Virus record (IMG/VR): IMGVR_UViG_3300045988_077051
Reading direction: 5' to 3' (one strand)
Length of the DNA: 34,635 bases
Source: a virus
Shown here piece by piece: positions 8,728 to 17,747 of this stretch. The translations under genes were made by a program, and so were the position numbers. Positions within the stretch are counted from its first letter, which is position 1; each line of letters starts with the position of its first letter. Under the pieces are notes generated by a model. That model saw nothing but the letters and a program-made list of their open reading frames with translations, did no database searches and was not told where the DNA came from.

Positions 8728-9108
8728 CTATATACCTCCAAGTTTTTTGTACAATTGTTTATATGTTTTTCGTGCAAAATCCTTTTTTGAACCATTTTCA
8801 AGATAATCCTCTGCCCATCTGCCTTTTGCATTTGGATTTTCTGATTTTGTAAAATTAAACTCAGGATGATAGTACAATCTTCTTGCATATGGAGTATTAA
8901 AAGCAATTGTAATCTTTCCGCTTGAACTGTCAGAATAATCTACAAAAGTCTGTGTATTCTGTAAATTACCTGTATCAAATGGAATTACCTGAGACTGAAC
9001 CATATCAGTATGTACTGCTTCCGCAGTCATTTCTAATGCCATTCTTTGTGCTTTTGTTAATTTTGCTATCCTACCCATATTCAATTTGATAGTTGAACTT
9101 ACTTTCAT
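8728..9108 (-). CDS. Head-tail joining protein (HK97 gp10-like / minor capsid family)
   Basis: 126 aa in the connector gene string, tightly packed with its neighbours. Confidence 0.5.
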   Translation of the reverse strand: MKVSSTIKLNMGRIAKLTKAQRMALEMTAEAVHTDMVQSQVIPFDTGNLQNTQTFVDYSDSSSGKITIAFNTPYARRLYYHPEFNFTKSENPNAKGRWAEDYLENGSKKDFARKTYKQLYKKLGGI

Positions 9109-9109
9109 A

Positions 9110-9448
9110 TTACACCAACTCCAATAACGTATAATTTACACTTCCATCCGGATTTCTTGCTTTTGTTCCCTGATATATTGTTCTTTCCACTCCAAACACT
9201 GTTACTTTCCCACTACTTATAACAGCCTGCTCCGGGCATATATCTCCACAAAAATAAGCTTTTCCGCTTAAAGTTACTATCTTCTGTTCTGCAGTCATTT
9301 TTGTATATGCCATGTCCTGATAATTACACTTTAATTCATCATTAAGTGCAATTAAAGGAGCACCTGTTTCAGATACTCCTTCTTTATAAATAGTTACATT
9401 TATATCTGTCTTGCACATCGATTTTGGTACCAAATTAGGATATTTCAT
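9110..9448 (-). CDS. Head closure / head-tail adaptor protein
   Basis: The start is set at ATG 9448 (MKYPNLVPK...), which overlaps the upstream stop by 1 nt (TAATG). The call is positional. Confidence 0.5.
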   Translation of the reverse strand: MKYPNLVPKSMCKTDINVTIYKEGVSETGAPLIALNDELKCNYQDMAYTKMTAEQKIVTLSGKAYFCGDICPEQAVISSGKVTVFGVERTIYQGTKARNPDGSVNYTLLELV

Positions 9449-9834
9449 TACACACCTACCAATCTGCAGCACAACCCTGTCTGCTCTAATAAAGCATATA
9501 AATCTTTTCTAATTGCGACTCCATCCTCAATATATAAATTCCATGAACTACCAAAATTCATTGATACTCCATTAAGTGAATAACTTGATAATACAGTATT
9601 AATCATGTCTTCATTTTCATATTCAAATTCTGCCTGTCTGTATACAACCTCTTTTATCACATCTTTTTGAAATTCCGTAAGATTATCAAATCCTTTGGCA
9701 ACAATTCTATTAAATGTCAGTGCATCAATATGTCTGCTTGCCTGCCTCAGCATCTTATCAACATCATCTTGTGGTATTAACTCTCTGGCAGTTTTCAAAT
9801 ATTCTTCCAAAGACACATAAGGGGTGTAAGCCAT
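9448..9834 (-). CDS. Head-tail connector (gp6/gp15-like, DNA-packaging connector family)
   Basis: 128 aa, MAYTPYVSLEEYLKTARELIPQDD... typical of Phage_connect_1-type proteins, at the expected position after the capsid genes. Confidence 0.6.
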   Translation of the reverse strand: MAYTPYVSLEEYLKTARELIPQDDVDKMLRQASRHIDALTFNRIVAKGFDNLTEFQKDVIKEVVYRQAEFEYENEDMINTVLSSYSLNGVSMNFGSSWNLYIEDGVAIRKDLYALLEQTGLCCRLVGV

Positions 9835-9845
9835 AGGCTCACCCC

Positions 9846-10172
9846 CTATTCTGCATTACTAGCTTTGATTTTTTTGATAATTCCTTCTTTTGATGTGGCA
9901 TTACCTAAATCAATTCCATGTTCTGTAGCATATGCTTTTAATTCATCCACTTCCATTGCAGAGAATTTGTCACCTGAAATTTTATTAAGCTGAGCTTTCA
10001 ACTCATCCCTTTCTTTAACCACCTTTTCATATTCTGCATATGAAACTGTAGTCTTAGGTGAGTGTTCTAAAAGTTTACCTTCATCATCGTAAATATCATA
10101 TCCTAATGTAAGATATTCATCTTTCTGCATTTCAGATATGTTATATACCTTATTATCCTTTACCGCTCTCAT
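9846..10172 (-). CDS. Small head-module protein with C-terminal HeH/SAP-like motif
   Basis: The start is moved to ATG 10172, preceded by GGAGGCAATACC. The C-terminus MEVDELKAYATEHGIDLGNATSKEGIIKKIK resembles a Rho-N/HeH helix-extension-helix motif. Confidence 0.5.
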   Translation of the reverse strand: MRAVKDNKVYNISEMQKDEYLTLGYDIYDDEGKLLEHSPKTTVSYAEYEKVVKERDELKAQLNKISGDKFSAMEVDELKAYATEHGIDLGNATSKEGIIKKIKASNAE

Positions 10173-10183
10173 GGTATTGCCTC

Positions 10184-11080
10184 CTATTCTGCTGCTGCAT
10201 GAATGATACATCCCTCTTTCATAAGTTCATCAATAGCAAATGTACCATTAAGTTTTCTGTTCTGATATAAATAGTTGTCCGCAGTTCTTGAATCTGTTCC
10301 AGGTTCAAATACTGTAATGAAACTATACTTGTTTCTTGATACCTGACATTCAGGGTCAATTAACATGTAATCCATCTGAACCGCTGATACATCAGCTGTA
10401 CATCCTGAAGTAAAGTTATATTTGGACTTAAATCTTGCTGATGGAACTTCCTTAATCATTCCAATATCATCGATAGAGTGAACTCTTCTGTCGATTCCCT
10501 TTGCTCCGCTTACTTCAAGTGTTCTCTGAATACCCTCTGCATTCTTAAGCAACTTAAGGTAAGCTGGTGTACAATAAAGAATAACTCTGTCAAGTGGGAC
10601 ACCTGCATCTGTCATAGCTTCCAAGTTATCATCAAAATCTGAAAGAACATTTGCTGTTGTAAGAGCTGTTGTCTTAATCTTTGCACCTACTCTTTTAGCT
10701 TCTGAATAAAGCTTACTAAATGTATAGCAGTCTGCTTCAGGAATAGCCTGAGTTGTTTCAAATCTCTTCTGAATGTTTGCAATTGTTACTACTAAATTAG
10801 TTTCATCAACATCTACCGGGTCGATTACAAACTCAATATCTCTGTCGTGATCTAATGTCTTTGTTTCATACTCATTTGAATATGAACCTGTGTTAAAACC
10901 TAAACTACCTCTTGTATGGTCCTTATATCCACTTACTGATAATTTAGGAATCTTTAAGTTTTTACCATTCACAATCTGAATGTCTGAATTTGAATTATAT
11001 AAATCTACAGAAACCTGTGACTGACCATATAATTCGATTAAAATGTTGCTGAAAATATCAGCGTACTGTAATGCTGCCAT
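10184..11080 (-). CDS. Major capsid protein
   Basis: 298 aa immediately after the scaffold gene, with GGAGGTAGTAATAC upstream of the ATG. Position and size fit an HK97-fold capsid protein of SPP1-like phages. Confidence 0.8.
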   Translation of the reverse strand: MAALQYADIFSNILIELYGQSQVSVDLYNSNSDIQIVNGKNLKIPKLSVSGYKDHTRGSLGFNTGSYSNEYETKTLDHDRDIEFVIDPVDVDETNLVVTIANIQKRFETTQAIPEADCYTFSKLYSEAKRVGAKIKTTALTTANVLSDFDDNLEAMTDAGVPLDRVILYCTPAYLKLLKNAEGIQRTLEVSGAKGIDRRVHSIDDIGMIKEVPSARFKSKYNFTSGCTADVSAVQMDYMLIDPECQVSRNKYSFITVFEPGTDSRTADNYLYQNRKLNGTFAIDELMKEGCIIHAAAE

Positions 11081-11093
11081 GTATTACTACCTC

Positions 11094-11756
11094 CTATTTT
11101 TTCTTTATTCCAAAGATGCCTCTTAATAAGTCATCCTGGTTTTGATTTTGATTGTTGTTTGGAGCACCAATAGGTCTAAATCCCTGATTATTATTTGCTC
11201 CACTATCTGCCGGTTTCAAGGCTGGTACATCTTCTAAAACCTTGTTTATTGCTGCTTTTACTTTTTCAGCATCAACTGTTCCATCCGTATTCATTACTTC
11301 CTTAAAATCAGCCATTTTTATTACATATGGAATAGATTTTGCATCAATTCCTAACTCTACAGCCTGTATTGTTGCTGAATTCTGAACCATAAGCTGCTGA
11401 TTCTGACTTTTAGTCTGTGCAAGCTCTGTCTGCATTCCTGCAACATCAGGTGTATTCTTTGCTCTCTGCGCTTTGTAACTGTTAATTGCCTGTGTCACTT
11501 CATTTTCTGACATTCCCTGCTGCTGAAAGAACGACCTTAAAGCTGACTGCTCAGCTCTTGCAGTTCTGCTATTAACAATTCCGTCTAACTGTTCCTGGGT
11601 ATATGTTGCACCCTGATTGTTATTTCCAGTATTTTGGTTACTGTTACCATTTCCGGCATTGTTCTGGTTATTATTACCGTTTCCATCTCCATTACCTTCT
11701 CCTGAACCTTCTGCAAAAAACTGAATGTTCATAGGCACTAATGTTCTTCTTATCAT
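11094..11756 (-). CDS. Scaffolding protein
   Basis: N-terminal MNIQFFAEG motif, N/G/Q-rich low-complexity tract, helical remainder, directly upstream of the capsid gene. Confidence 0.75.
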   Translation of the reverse strand: MIRRTLVPMNIQFFAEGSGEGNGDGNGNNNQNNAGNGNSNQNTGNNNQGATYTQEQLDGIVNSRTARAEQSALRSFFQQQGMSENEVTQAINSYKAQRAKNTPDVAGMQTELAQTKSQNQQLMVQNSATIQAVELGIDAKSIPYVIKMADFKEVMNTDGTVDAEKVKAAINKVLEDVPALKPADSGANNNQGFRPIGAPNNNQNQNQDDLLRGIFGIKKK

Positions 11757-11823
11757 ATTCGTTTTCCTTTCCGTTTTAGCTCGTCAGCTTATTCCGAGAG
11801 TTTTAAGCCATCACGTTTTGGGC

Positions 11824-11854
11824 ATATAAAAAGCACCTACTTACTTGTAGATGC
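11824..11854 (-). terminator. Intrinsic terminator
   Basis: Minus RNA GCAUCUAC-AAGUAA-GUAGGUGC (8 bp) followed by UUUUUAUAU. It overlaps the stop of the 53-aa ORF. Confidence 0.7.
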
Positions 11855-11998
11855 TTTTGGTTCGTCTTTTTCAATTACTGCGCCTAATTTCAATAAATAC
11901 TCCTTGCGCTCATTCGTCTTAGCTTTAACTTCATCTCCAGCCTTTACCAATTTAAGGTTGTTTTCTTTGTCATAAAAATTGATTTTTGCTATTAACAT
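11837..11998 (-). CDS. Hypothetical small protein (53 aa)
   Basis: Hand-found ORF MLIAKINFYDKENNLKLVKAGDEVKAKTNERKEYLLKLGAVIEKDEPKASTSK* with strong RBS AGGAGGTAACTT, flanked by terminators. Confidence 0.55.
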   Translation of the reverse strand: MLIAKINFYDKENNLKLVKAGDEVKAKTNERKEYLLKLGAVIEKDEPKASTSK

Positions 11999-12029
11999 AA
12001 GTTACCTCCTATTCTTCATTTTATTGCAT

Positions 12030-12053
12030 TTAAAAAACACCCTTTCGGATGTT
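12030..12053 (-). terminator. Intrinsic terminator after the YjcQ-like gene
   Basis: Minus RNA ACAUCC-GAAA-GGGUGU followed by UUUUUU. Confidence 0.7.
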
Positions 12054-12067
12054 GTTAATTATCTTTA

Positions 12068-12391
12068 TTAAATTCCGGGAACTATTTCTTTAATTCCCTT
12101 TGCCATTTCAGCAGCTCTCTTCATTAAACTGTTTTGTTCCAAATACTCCAATCCCTTTATTGTTATTTCTGGTCGTGATAATGATATTTTCGGATGTCCA
12201 CAATCAAAACTGCTCCACACCTCTACTCCTGTTATGTACTCTTCATTTACAAGCATTGCAATAATCCTACACCATCTGGCTTCGGTTAAATTCAAAGCAT
12301 CTTTAGATATTGTTTTAGTATCAAATTCTTCCAAATCCATTGCTGCTTCCATAATTTTCAGAATTTTGTATATGACTTTAAAATTATCCAT
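12068..12391 (-). CDS. YjcQ-family winged-helix protein
   Basis: MDNFKVIYKILKIMEAAMDLEEFD...EEYITGV... matches the YjcQ (PF09639) style. The ATG at 12391 follows a GAGGAG that lies in the last codons of the upstream gene. Confidence 0.65.
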   Translation of the reverse strand: MDNFKVIYKILKIMEAAMDLEEFDTKTISKDALNLTEARWCRIIAMLVNEEYITGVEVWSSFDCGHPKISLSRPEITIKGLEYLEQNSLMKRAAEMAKGIKEIVPGI

Positions 12392-12397
12392 AAACAA

Positions 12398-12694
12398 TTA
12401 CTCCTCTATCACATCTATGCCATATTCTTTTGCACATGTGTTTTCAATCCTGCATCCTCTGTATTTCTCCCAGTCCTTACAGAAATATGCAACATCGGCA
12501 TCTGCTAACAGTTCCAGGCTCTTTCCTAAGAACCATAGTGGCTTTGCATCATGTGGAGCATTTTCAAAGAAACTGTCAATGATTTCTACATCTTCATTAT
12601 ATTTTTGTTTGATTTCCTTAATTGCTTTTACTCTTTCTTCCCTAATCTGTTCATCTGTTTTGTCTCTCATTGGCTGACTTATAAATACTTTCAT
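12398..12694 (-). CDS. DUF4406 / nucleoside 2-deoxyribosyltransferase-like small protein
   Basis: The start is moved to ATG 12694 (RBS AAGAGGTAAAGAAA). MKVFISQPMRDKTDEQI...ADADVAYFCKDWEKYRGCRIE resembles the MK.(Y/F)I(S/A)GPM... N-terminus of DUF4406 proteins. Assigned by eye only. Confidence 0.4.
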   Translation of the reverse strand: MKVFISQPMRDKTDEQIREERVKAIKEIKQKYNEDVEIIDSFFENAPHDAKPLWFLGKSLELLADADVAYFCKDWEKYRGCRIENTCAKEYGIDVIEE

Positions 12695-12763
12695 TTTCTT
12701 TACCTCTTTTCTAATTTTTTGTATAAAAAAAGACCATAAATAATTATGATCTAAATTAAATTT

Positions 12764-12803
12764 AAGTATAAAAATACCACCTAATCTTTCGACTGGGTGG
12801 TAT
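12764..12803 (-). terminator. Strong intrinsic terminator
   Basis: Minus RNA AUACCACC-C-AGUC-GAAA-GAUU-A-GGUGGUAU followed by UUUUAUAC. It starts immediately after the stop of the 45-aa ORF. Confidence 0.75.
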
Positions 12804-12941
12804 CTATGCAAAAATACCTCTTTCTCTCTCATCAATTTCATTTAACTCCTTTTTTATAACCTCTTTTTCCTCTGGAGTTAAATTTTCATTTTCCATTTTC
12901 TTAAACAATTCTTCTTCTCTTTCTGTTCTATATCTCATCAT
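12804..12941 (-). CDS. Hypothetical highly charged 45-aa protein
   Basis: Hand-found ORF MMRYRTEREEELFKKMENENLTPEEKEVIKKELNEIDERERGIFA*, starting 2 nt after the MuF-fusion stop. No clear RBS. Confidence 0.35.
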   Translation of the reverse strand: MMRYRTEREEELFKKMENENLTPEEKEVIKKELNEIDERERGIFA

Positions 12942-12943
12942 TG

Positions 12944-14653
12944 TTATATACCCTCAAAAAACGACATAATTTCATTATATATTGACTCGTTTGAAGAAAA
13001 ACTCTCTGCTATTACCTCTGAATAATTACCTCTAATATATCCATCATAAGCATATTGACTTAATTCTTCTTTCAATTTAACATTATTTATATTACCTAAA
13101 TAATTCATCAATTTTCTATCTACTAACTTTCTTGCTTCATTATAACCTATATTTTGGGCAATTGCAATATCACCTATTTTATTATAATAATATGAATGCC
13201 CTAATTCATGTAAATAAGGTGCATATACAGTTTTATTTGCAAATCTTTCTTCGTTTTTAGTTAAAAACCTTATTATTTTATCTGGACTATCAAATTTACT
13301 ATTGATAAACATTGTTTTTGATTGTGCATGATAGCCACCAATTGCATATGTTGAAAGCCCACATCTATTAAAATCCACTATTGCTATTTTAGGTAGTTGA
13401 AAATTATCTGGCAAATCTTTTTGTAATTTTTTCAAAATCTTTTCAGTTAATCGTACAGCTTTATTTTTGGTTGTATTGTCTATATCTGTTACCATATTAA
13501 AACTACTATTTGAAACTTTTTTGACCTCGATTGTCTTTTGCTGTAATTTAATTGGATTTACATTCTCATATTTAGGTCTAAAACTGTTTGACATATAATC
13601 TATTTTTTTATGCCACTCATTAGCCCTTATCGCATATTGCTTCTTATTTCCATCATCTAGCGAATAAGTAGATAACCTATCAAACTTATCAATATTTCTC
13701 TGAATTAGATTTTTTCTGTTTTCCTGCTGTTCTGCAACAACCGCCTGCTTCATTTCTTTCTTTGTTACCTTTTCAGGCTTTGCAGAGATGCCTGGAAAAT
13801 ATGTTGTATGTCCATCTTTGCAGTTTGGATGATATAAACCGCCTGCCATAGCCTGAGACATTAACGGATATGGTCCATCACTTGCTTTTCCACCACTCCA
13901 TACATCATCTATTAATATCTTTCCAGTCCATCTTCCACATTTAGTACAAGGTAAACCACGTTTATTTACTATAACTGTTGTTATGCCCCATTCCTGACGT
14001 TTAGCGCCTTCGCCCTGACAATATGCTCTGGTATTCGCTGTTCTTAAAGCCATTCCGGCATACGAAGCAATATTCACTCTTGCACCATTCTTATACTCTA
14101 TACAATTAATTCCACGGCTTAAAAAGTCTTTTGTGGCCATATCCACTGCCTTTTCATAAGTTCCAGCTCCCGTATTGTAGTATATCTGAGAGTTAAATAT
14201 TACTTTTCTGTACTGGTCATTTACCATTCTGAGCATTGCAGTTTCTGCTTTTCTCATGCTGCTATTAACCTCATTTAGCAATGCATCTAACTTTCTATCA
14301 TTAATACGAAAAAAAGCACCTTCAATGGTGCTTCCTGCCTTATGTGTTAACTTTGCTCCCTTTTTTATTGCTTCAAGAATGGCTTTCTCCTGTTCGGTTT
14401 CTCCGGCTCTTCTATGTAGCAATATTGACTTTTCAATATTTCTGTTAATATCCGCAAATACCTTGGTGAACTTCTTTTGATTCTTTTGCTTGTATACATT
14501 AAGAGCCTTAAGCTGTTCTGCCTGCCATGAAGTCCAGTTCAACCCTTCTTTCATTTCTTCTGCTCTGTGATGTGACAAATTGCGCATCATGGAATCTATA
14601 AGTTCATTTTCAATTGCTCTGAAAGCCTCTTCAACGTCATAATCCTTTGGCAT
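12944..14653 (-). CDS. MuF/SPP1 gp7-like head morphogenesis protein fused to a C-terminal HExxH metallopeptidase-like domain
   Basis: The N-terminal ~290 aa end in ...LPCTKCGRWTGK...YHPNCKDGHTTYFPG, the gp7/MuF C-terminal signature. After a charged linker, the C-terminal ~200 aa carry YLHELGHSYYY (13196-13210) and a downstream SEVIAESF motif. Confidence 0.75.
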   Translation of the reverse strand: MPKDYDVEEAFRAIENELIDSMMRNLSHHRAEEMKEGLNWTSWQAEQLKALNVYKQKNQKKFTKVFADINRNIEKSILLHRRAGETEQEKAILEAIKKGAKLTHKAGSTIEGAFFRINDRKLDALLNEVNSSMRKAETAMLRMVNDQYRKVIFNSQIYYNTGAGTYEKAVDMATKDFLSRGINCIEYKNGARVNIASYAGMALRTANTRAYCQGEGAKRQEWGITTVIVNKRGLPCTKCGRWTGKILIDDVWSGGKASDGPYPLMSQAMAGGLYHPNCKDGHTTYFPGISAKPEKVTKKEMKQAVVAEQQENRKNLIQRNIDKFDRLSTYSLDDGNKKQYAIRANEWHKKIDYMSNSFRPKYENVNPIKLQQKTIEVKKVSNSSFNMVTDIDNTTKNKAVRLTEKILKKLQKDLPDNFQLPKIAIVDFNRCGLSTYAIGGYHAQSKTMFINSKFDSPDKIIRFLTKNEERFANKTVYAPYLHELGHSYYYNKIGDIAIAQNIGYNEARKLVDRKLMNYLGNINNVKLKEELSQYAYDGYIRGNYSEVIAESFSSNESIYNEIMSFFEGI

Positions 14654-14658
14654 ATCTT

Positions 14659-14883
14659 CTAATCAACTCCGTTAGCATATACTTTAAAACCAGCCTTTTT
14701 AAACTGTCTTTTTAAACTTTTTACCTGAGTAACTGAATTACATTTATCATTTCTCATTTCAATTACTTTGTCTTTCTCCAATGCATATATTCCTCTTGGA
14801 ACTTGCTCACTTGCAAGTCTAAGAAGATTCATAGCCTTATTCTTCGACATCTGATATACTTTTTTTCCCACTATTACCTTCAT
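14659..14883 (-). CDS. Hypothetical small basic protein
   Basis: 74-aa ORF with GGAAGGAG RBS, overlapping the portal 3' end by 47 nt. Confidence 0.5.
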   Translation of the reverse strand: MKVIVGKKVYQMSKNKAMNLLRLASEQVPRGIYALEKDKVIEMRNDKCNSVTQVKSLKRQFKKAGFKVYANGVD

Positions 14884-16360
14884 TAATCAAAACTCCTTCC
14901 ATATTCAATGCTGGTTCCTGTTCGTCTGCTATTCCCTGCTCTGCCTTTAATCTTGCAACTTCTTCTTTTTTCCACTCTTCATCTTTTGTATCACCATACA
15001 GTTCCTCAACGGACGCTTCTACACTCATAATTCCCTGTGTCTTAGCTTTTCCAACTGTCTCTACCTGACTTTCAAATGACGGATTAGCATACTCACTAAA
15101 ATCAATTGTGCATTTAACCTCTGTTAATGTTTTATTTTGACTTATATTGATAACATCAAATACTTTCTGAATAAATAAAGGTATCTGGTCCTGTAAGATG
15201 TCTACTATGTTTCCTCTTGTATAAAGAGTAGTCTTTTCTTTTTCCCTCTGTGCTTCTGCATTGTCCAACTTCTTTACATCAATTCCCAACGTGCTAGGAC
15301 TTATAATACCCTGCAGGCACAAGTCCAGGGCAGTAATGTACGTTGCCAGATACGATTCGTGTGGAATTGCTGGCTGTGTCACTTCAATTTTATTTTGAGA
15401 ATTTTCAGACATATCATCACCTTTTGCAATATAAGAATTGTCAAAGGCATTTGGTTTGATTATTGCTCCGTTTTCAGGATTTCTTGGAAGTAATGATTCA
15501 GGAATCCACTCCTTACTTCGCCCTTTTCTTAAAGCGTCCATCCATTGACTCCATGCTTCATCTAACGCATCAAAATCATCCGTCTTTTTATCAAAGATAG
15601 ACTGACCTCTTCCCTCCCATTTTGCACTTTCTCCAAACTTTATTGGGTGCGCCATCATTACTGATTTATCAAATTCAACATCGGTTAATCCACTCAACAT
15701 TGGAATTGTATTAATAGCAACACTTACCTCATCCATTTCTCTGTAAAGTTTGTAGGCAATATAACCATATCCATAATGTTCCTTTAAGTAGTAACTTGTA
15801 TCGTTGTATCTATATTCAGTAGTAAAAACTACTTCCTGTATTCGTCCTCTGTTATACACATAATCAACTTTATCTGCTCCATAAAACTCTATAATCGGAT
15901 ATTGGCTTATTTTTGTATCGAGTGATATTTTAAATGCACCATCACCTAATACAAGCATCTTAGACGTTGCCTTTTTAAGTATTTCTTTAAAGTTATTATC
16001 TTCTGCTATATCGTCCCATATTCTTTTATCTGTATCTTTTGCAAATGTAATCTGGCTAAAATCATTAATAATAATGTCAGTCAATCGGTCAACTATAATC
16101 CCTGGTAAGCCTGTATGTATTTTTCTTATCTCTCTTCCAACAGTTGAACGTGCAGCCCAAAACTTCACACCATCAGAACCCCCTGGAATGTTTTGATAAA
16201 GCTGTGTCAGTTCGTAGCTATCACCACGATACCAAATAAGATTTTTTACACAGTTTCCATCATAATTAAGTAATTCCCTAATGTTAAACGTCTGTTTTGG
16301 AGCGTCCTGTATTCTTAAAAAATGTCTTATTCCATCTCTCATTTTATCTAATAACCTCAT
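14837..16360 (-). CDS. Portal protein (SPP1 gp6-like)
   Basis: 507 aa, ATGA overlap with terL, followed by the MuF-like gene. This is the classical terL-portal-MuF order. Confidence 0.85.
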   Translation of the reverse strand: MRLLDKMRDGIRHFLRIQDAPKQTFNIRELLNYDGNCVKNLIWYRGDSYELTQLYQNIPGGSDGVKFWAARSTVGREIRKIHTGLPGIIVDRLTDIIINDFSQITFAKDTDKRIWDDIAEDNNFKEILKKATSKMLVLGDGAFKISLDTKISQYPIIEFYGADKVDYVYNRGRIQEVVFTTEYRYNDTSYYLKEHYGYGYIAYKLYREMDEVSVAINTIPMLSGLTDVEFDKSVMMAHPIKFGESAKWEGRGQSIFDKKTDDFDALDEAWSQWMDALRKGRSKEWIPESLLPRNPENGAIIKPNAFDNSYIAKGDDMSENSQNKIEVTQPAIPHESYLATYITALDLCLQGIISPSTLGIDVKKLDNAEAQREKEKTTLYTRGNIVDILQDQIPLFIQKVFDVINISQNKTLTEVKCTIDFSEYANPSFESQVETVGKAKTQGIMSVEASVEELYGDTKDEEWKKEEVARLKAEQGIADEQEPALNMEGVLINEGNSGKKSISDVEE

Positions 16361-17745
16361 TCTTTATTTACTCCTATTTTCTTTCTGTATGGAATCCAAT
16401 TGTACTGAACTGAGTTAACCATATGATCATTGCCGTCTTCTGGTTCCTGGTCTTTTTCCTCTTTCCATGAATACTTGTCTAATTCTTTTTGATATTCCTT
16501 ACAGGTTTCAACAATAAAAAAACTTGACTGAATGTCTTTATCATCATTAAAGTTCATCCAACCAAGTTGTAATATAATTCTATCTATAATTTTCACACCC
16601 TTATATGCTTCATTGAACACATATAAGCATTGTGCGTGTTCTCTTTTAAACTTTTTTAATTCAGTTATGGTTGCCTGGTCAGCAGAATCAATAAACGTCT
16701 GCTTTGCAAGTCCCCATTCTGCTCTGTTTCTTTCAAGAAAATCATAATAGTTTTTAGCAGTATCTGACGGAGCTAATGGAACTCCTATTTCAGCATTGTT
16801 ATACACTCTTTCATCCAAAAGTATATATCTGCCTCTATTTGTTATTCCTGCAAAACTCATGGCTATTGTATCAGGACTTTTAGTTGAATACGCTGTATCT
16901 AATCCACTTGTATATATTTCAAACCATTCTGTCTGCTTTTTATCTGCTCTGTTTCTGATAAATGCTTTTGCTTTATCAACTGTAATAACATGATGCTTTC
17001 TGTCAAATATGCTGAAGACAAGACCTGTAGCCTTTCCTCTAAGACCTAATATTTTGTTTTTATACATTTTGGTTCCAACCGGAACCGCATCTATTTTGTC
17101 CTGAATATCCTGCTCTGTTAAACTAGCATTATCATAAAAAGTAAAATACCAATGAACCCAGCCAACTTTTTCAGGTTCATTTAACTCTGCCAGCAATTCT
17201 TCTGGATAATCTTTAATATACTTTTTTAAAGGTCTGCTATGATTAATAAATTCTTTATATACCGGCAAATCGGGACTGTCAGGATTTGATGTAGTCATCA
17301 TATACTTGCATCTATGGGATATTTCTCTTAAAAACTCCATATCTGCCGTATTAACTTCATCAATGTAAACACATCCCTGCTGTGAACCCAATACCTTTTT
17401 CCAGCGTGCCTTATTATCATAACCACACACGTAAATTATCTTTTCACCATTTGGTGTTTGGTACTTAATATGAGATAAACCAATTTTGCCCTGACCTTTA
17501 GGATAATATTCAGCTAAACCATCGAACTGATCTAAAAGGCCTCGTTCATTGTTAATTACGTTCTTCTCAACAGTCCCAATGTCTGCTCCTGCAATAACAT
17601 GATACTTAATATCGCTCTTTGCCACCATAAGCATAAACTTAAATATACCTACAGTAGTTTTTCCTGCTGCAGTAGTACCTTCAAGATAATCTCGCTTTGT
17701 TTCTGTTAATATAAATTCTTTAAATTTAGGTGATAGTATTAACAA
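16357..17745 (-). CDS. terL: Terminase large subunit (PBSX/Terminase_3-like)
   Basis: Walker A GTTAAGKT near the N-terminus, 462 aa, downstream of terS. Apparent TTG start at 17745 after GAGGGTGAG. Confidence 0.9.
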   Translation of the reverse strand: MLILSPKFKEFILTETKRDYLEGTTAAGKTTVGIFKFMLMVAKSDIKYHVIAGADIGTVEKNVINNERGLLDQFDGLAEYYPKGQGKIGLSHIKYQTPNGEKIIYVCGYDNKARWKKVLGSQQGCVYIDEVNTADMEFLREISHRCKYMMTTSNPDSPDLPVYKEFINHSRPLKKYIKDYPEELLAELNEPEKVGWVHWYFTFYDNASLTEQDIQDKIDAVPVGTKMYKNKILGLRGKATGLVFSIFDRKHHVITVDKAKAFIRNRADKKQTEWFEIYTSGLDTAYSTKSPDTIAMSFAGITNRGRYILLDERVYNNAEIGVPLAPSDTAKNYYDFLERNRAEWGLAKQTFIDSADQATITELKKFKREHAQCLYVFNEAYKGVKIIDRIILQLGWMNFNDDKDIQSSFFIVETCKEYQKELDKYSWKEEKDQEPEDGNDHMVNSVQYNWIPYRKKIGVNKE

Positions 17746-17747
17746 AT

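Noticed and set aside
11620-11700. N/G/Q-rich low-complexity tract in the scaffold protein as a special (prion-like) element
   Set aside because: Flexible low-complexity N-termini are common in scaffolding proteins. Nothing in the sequence indicates a separate function.
12234-12739. Plus-strand ORFs 12234..12677 and 12551..12739, and the 5' extension of ORF 12398..12841
   Set aside because: The plus-strand ORFs are antisense to the well-supported YjcQ and DUF4406-like genes. The 12841 start would read through a strong terminator hairpin, and a proper RBS precedes ATG 12694.
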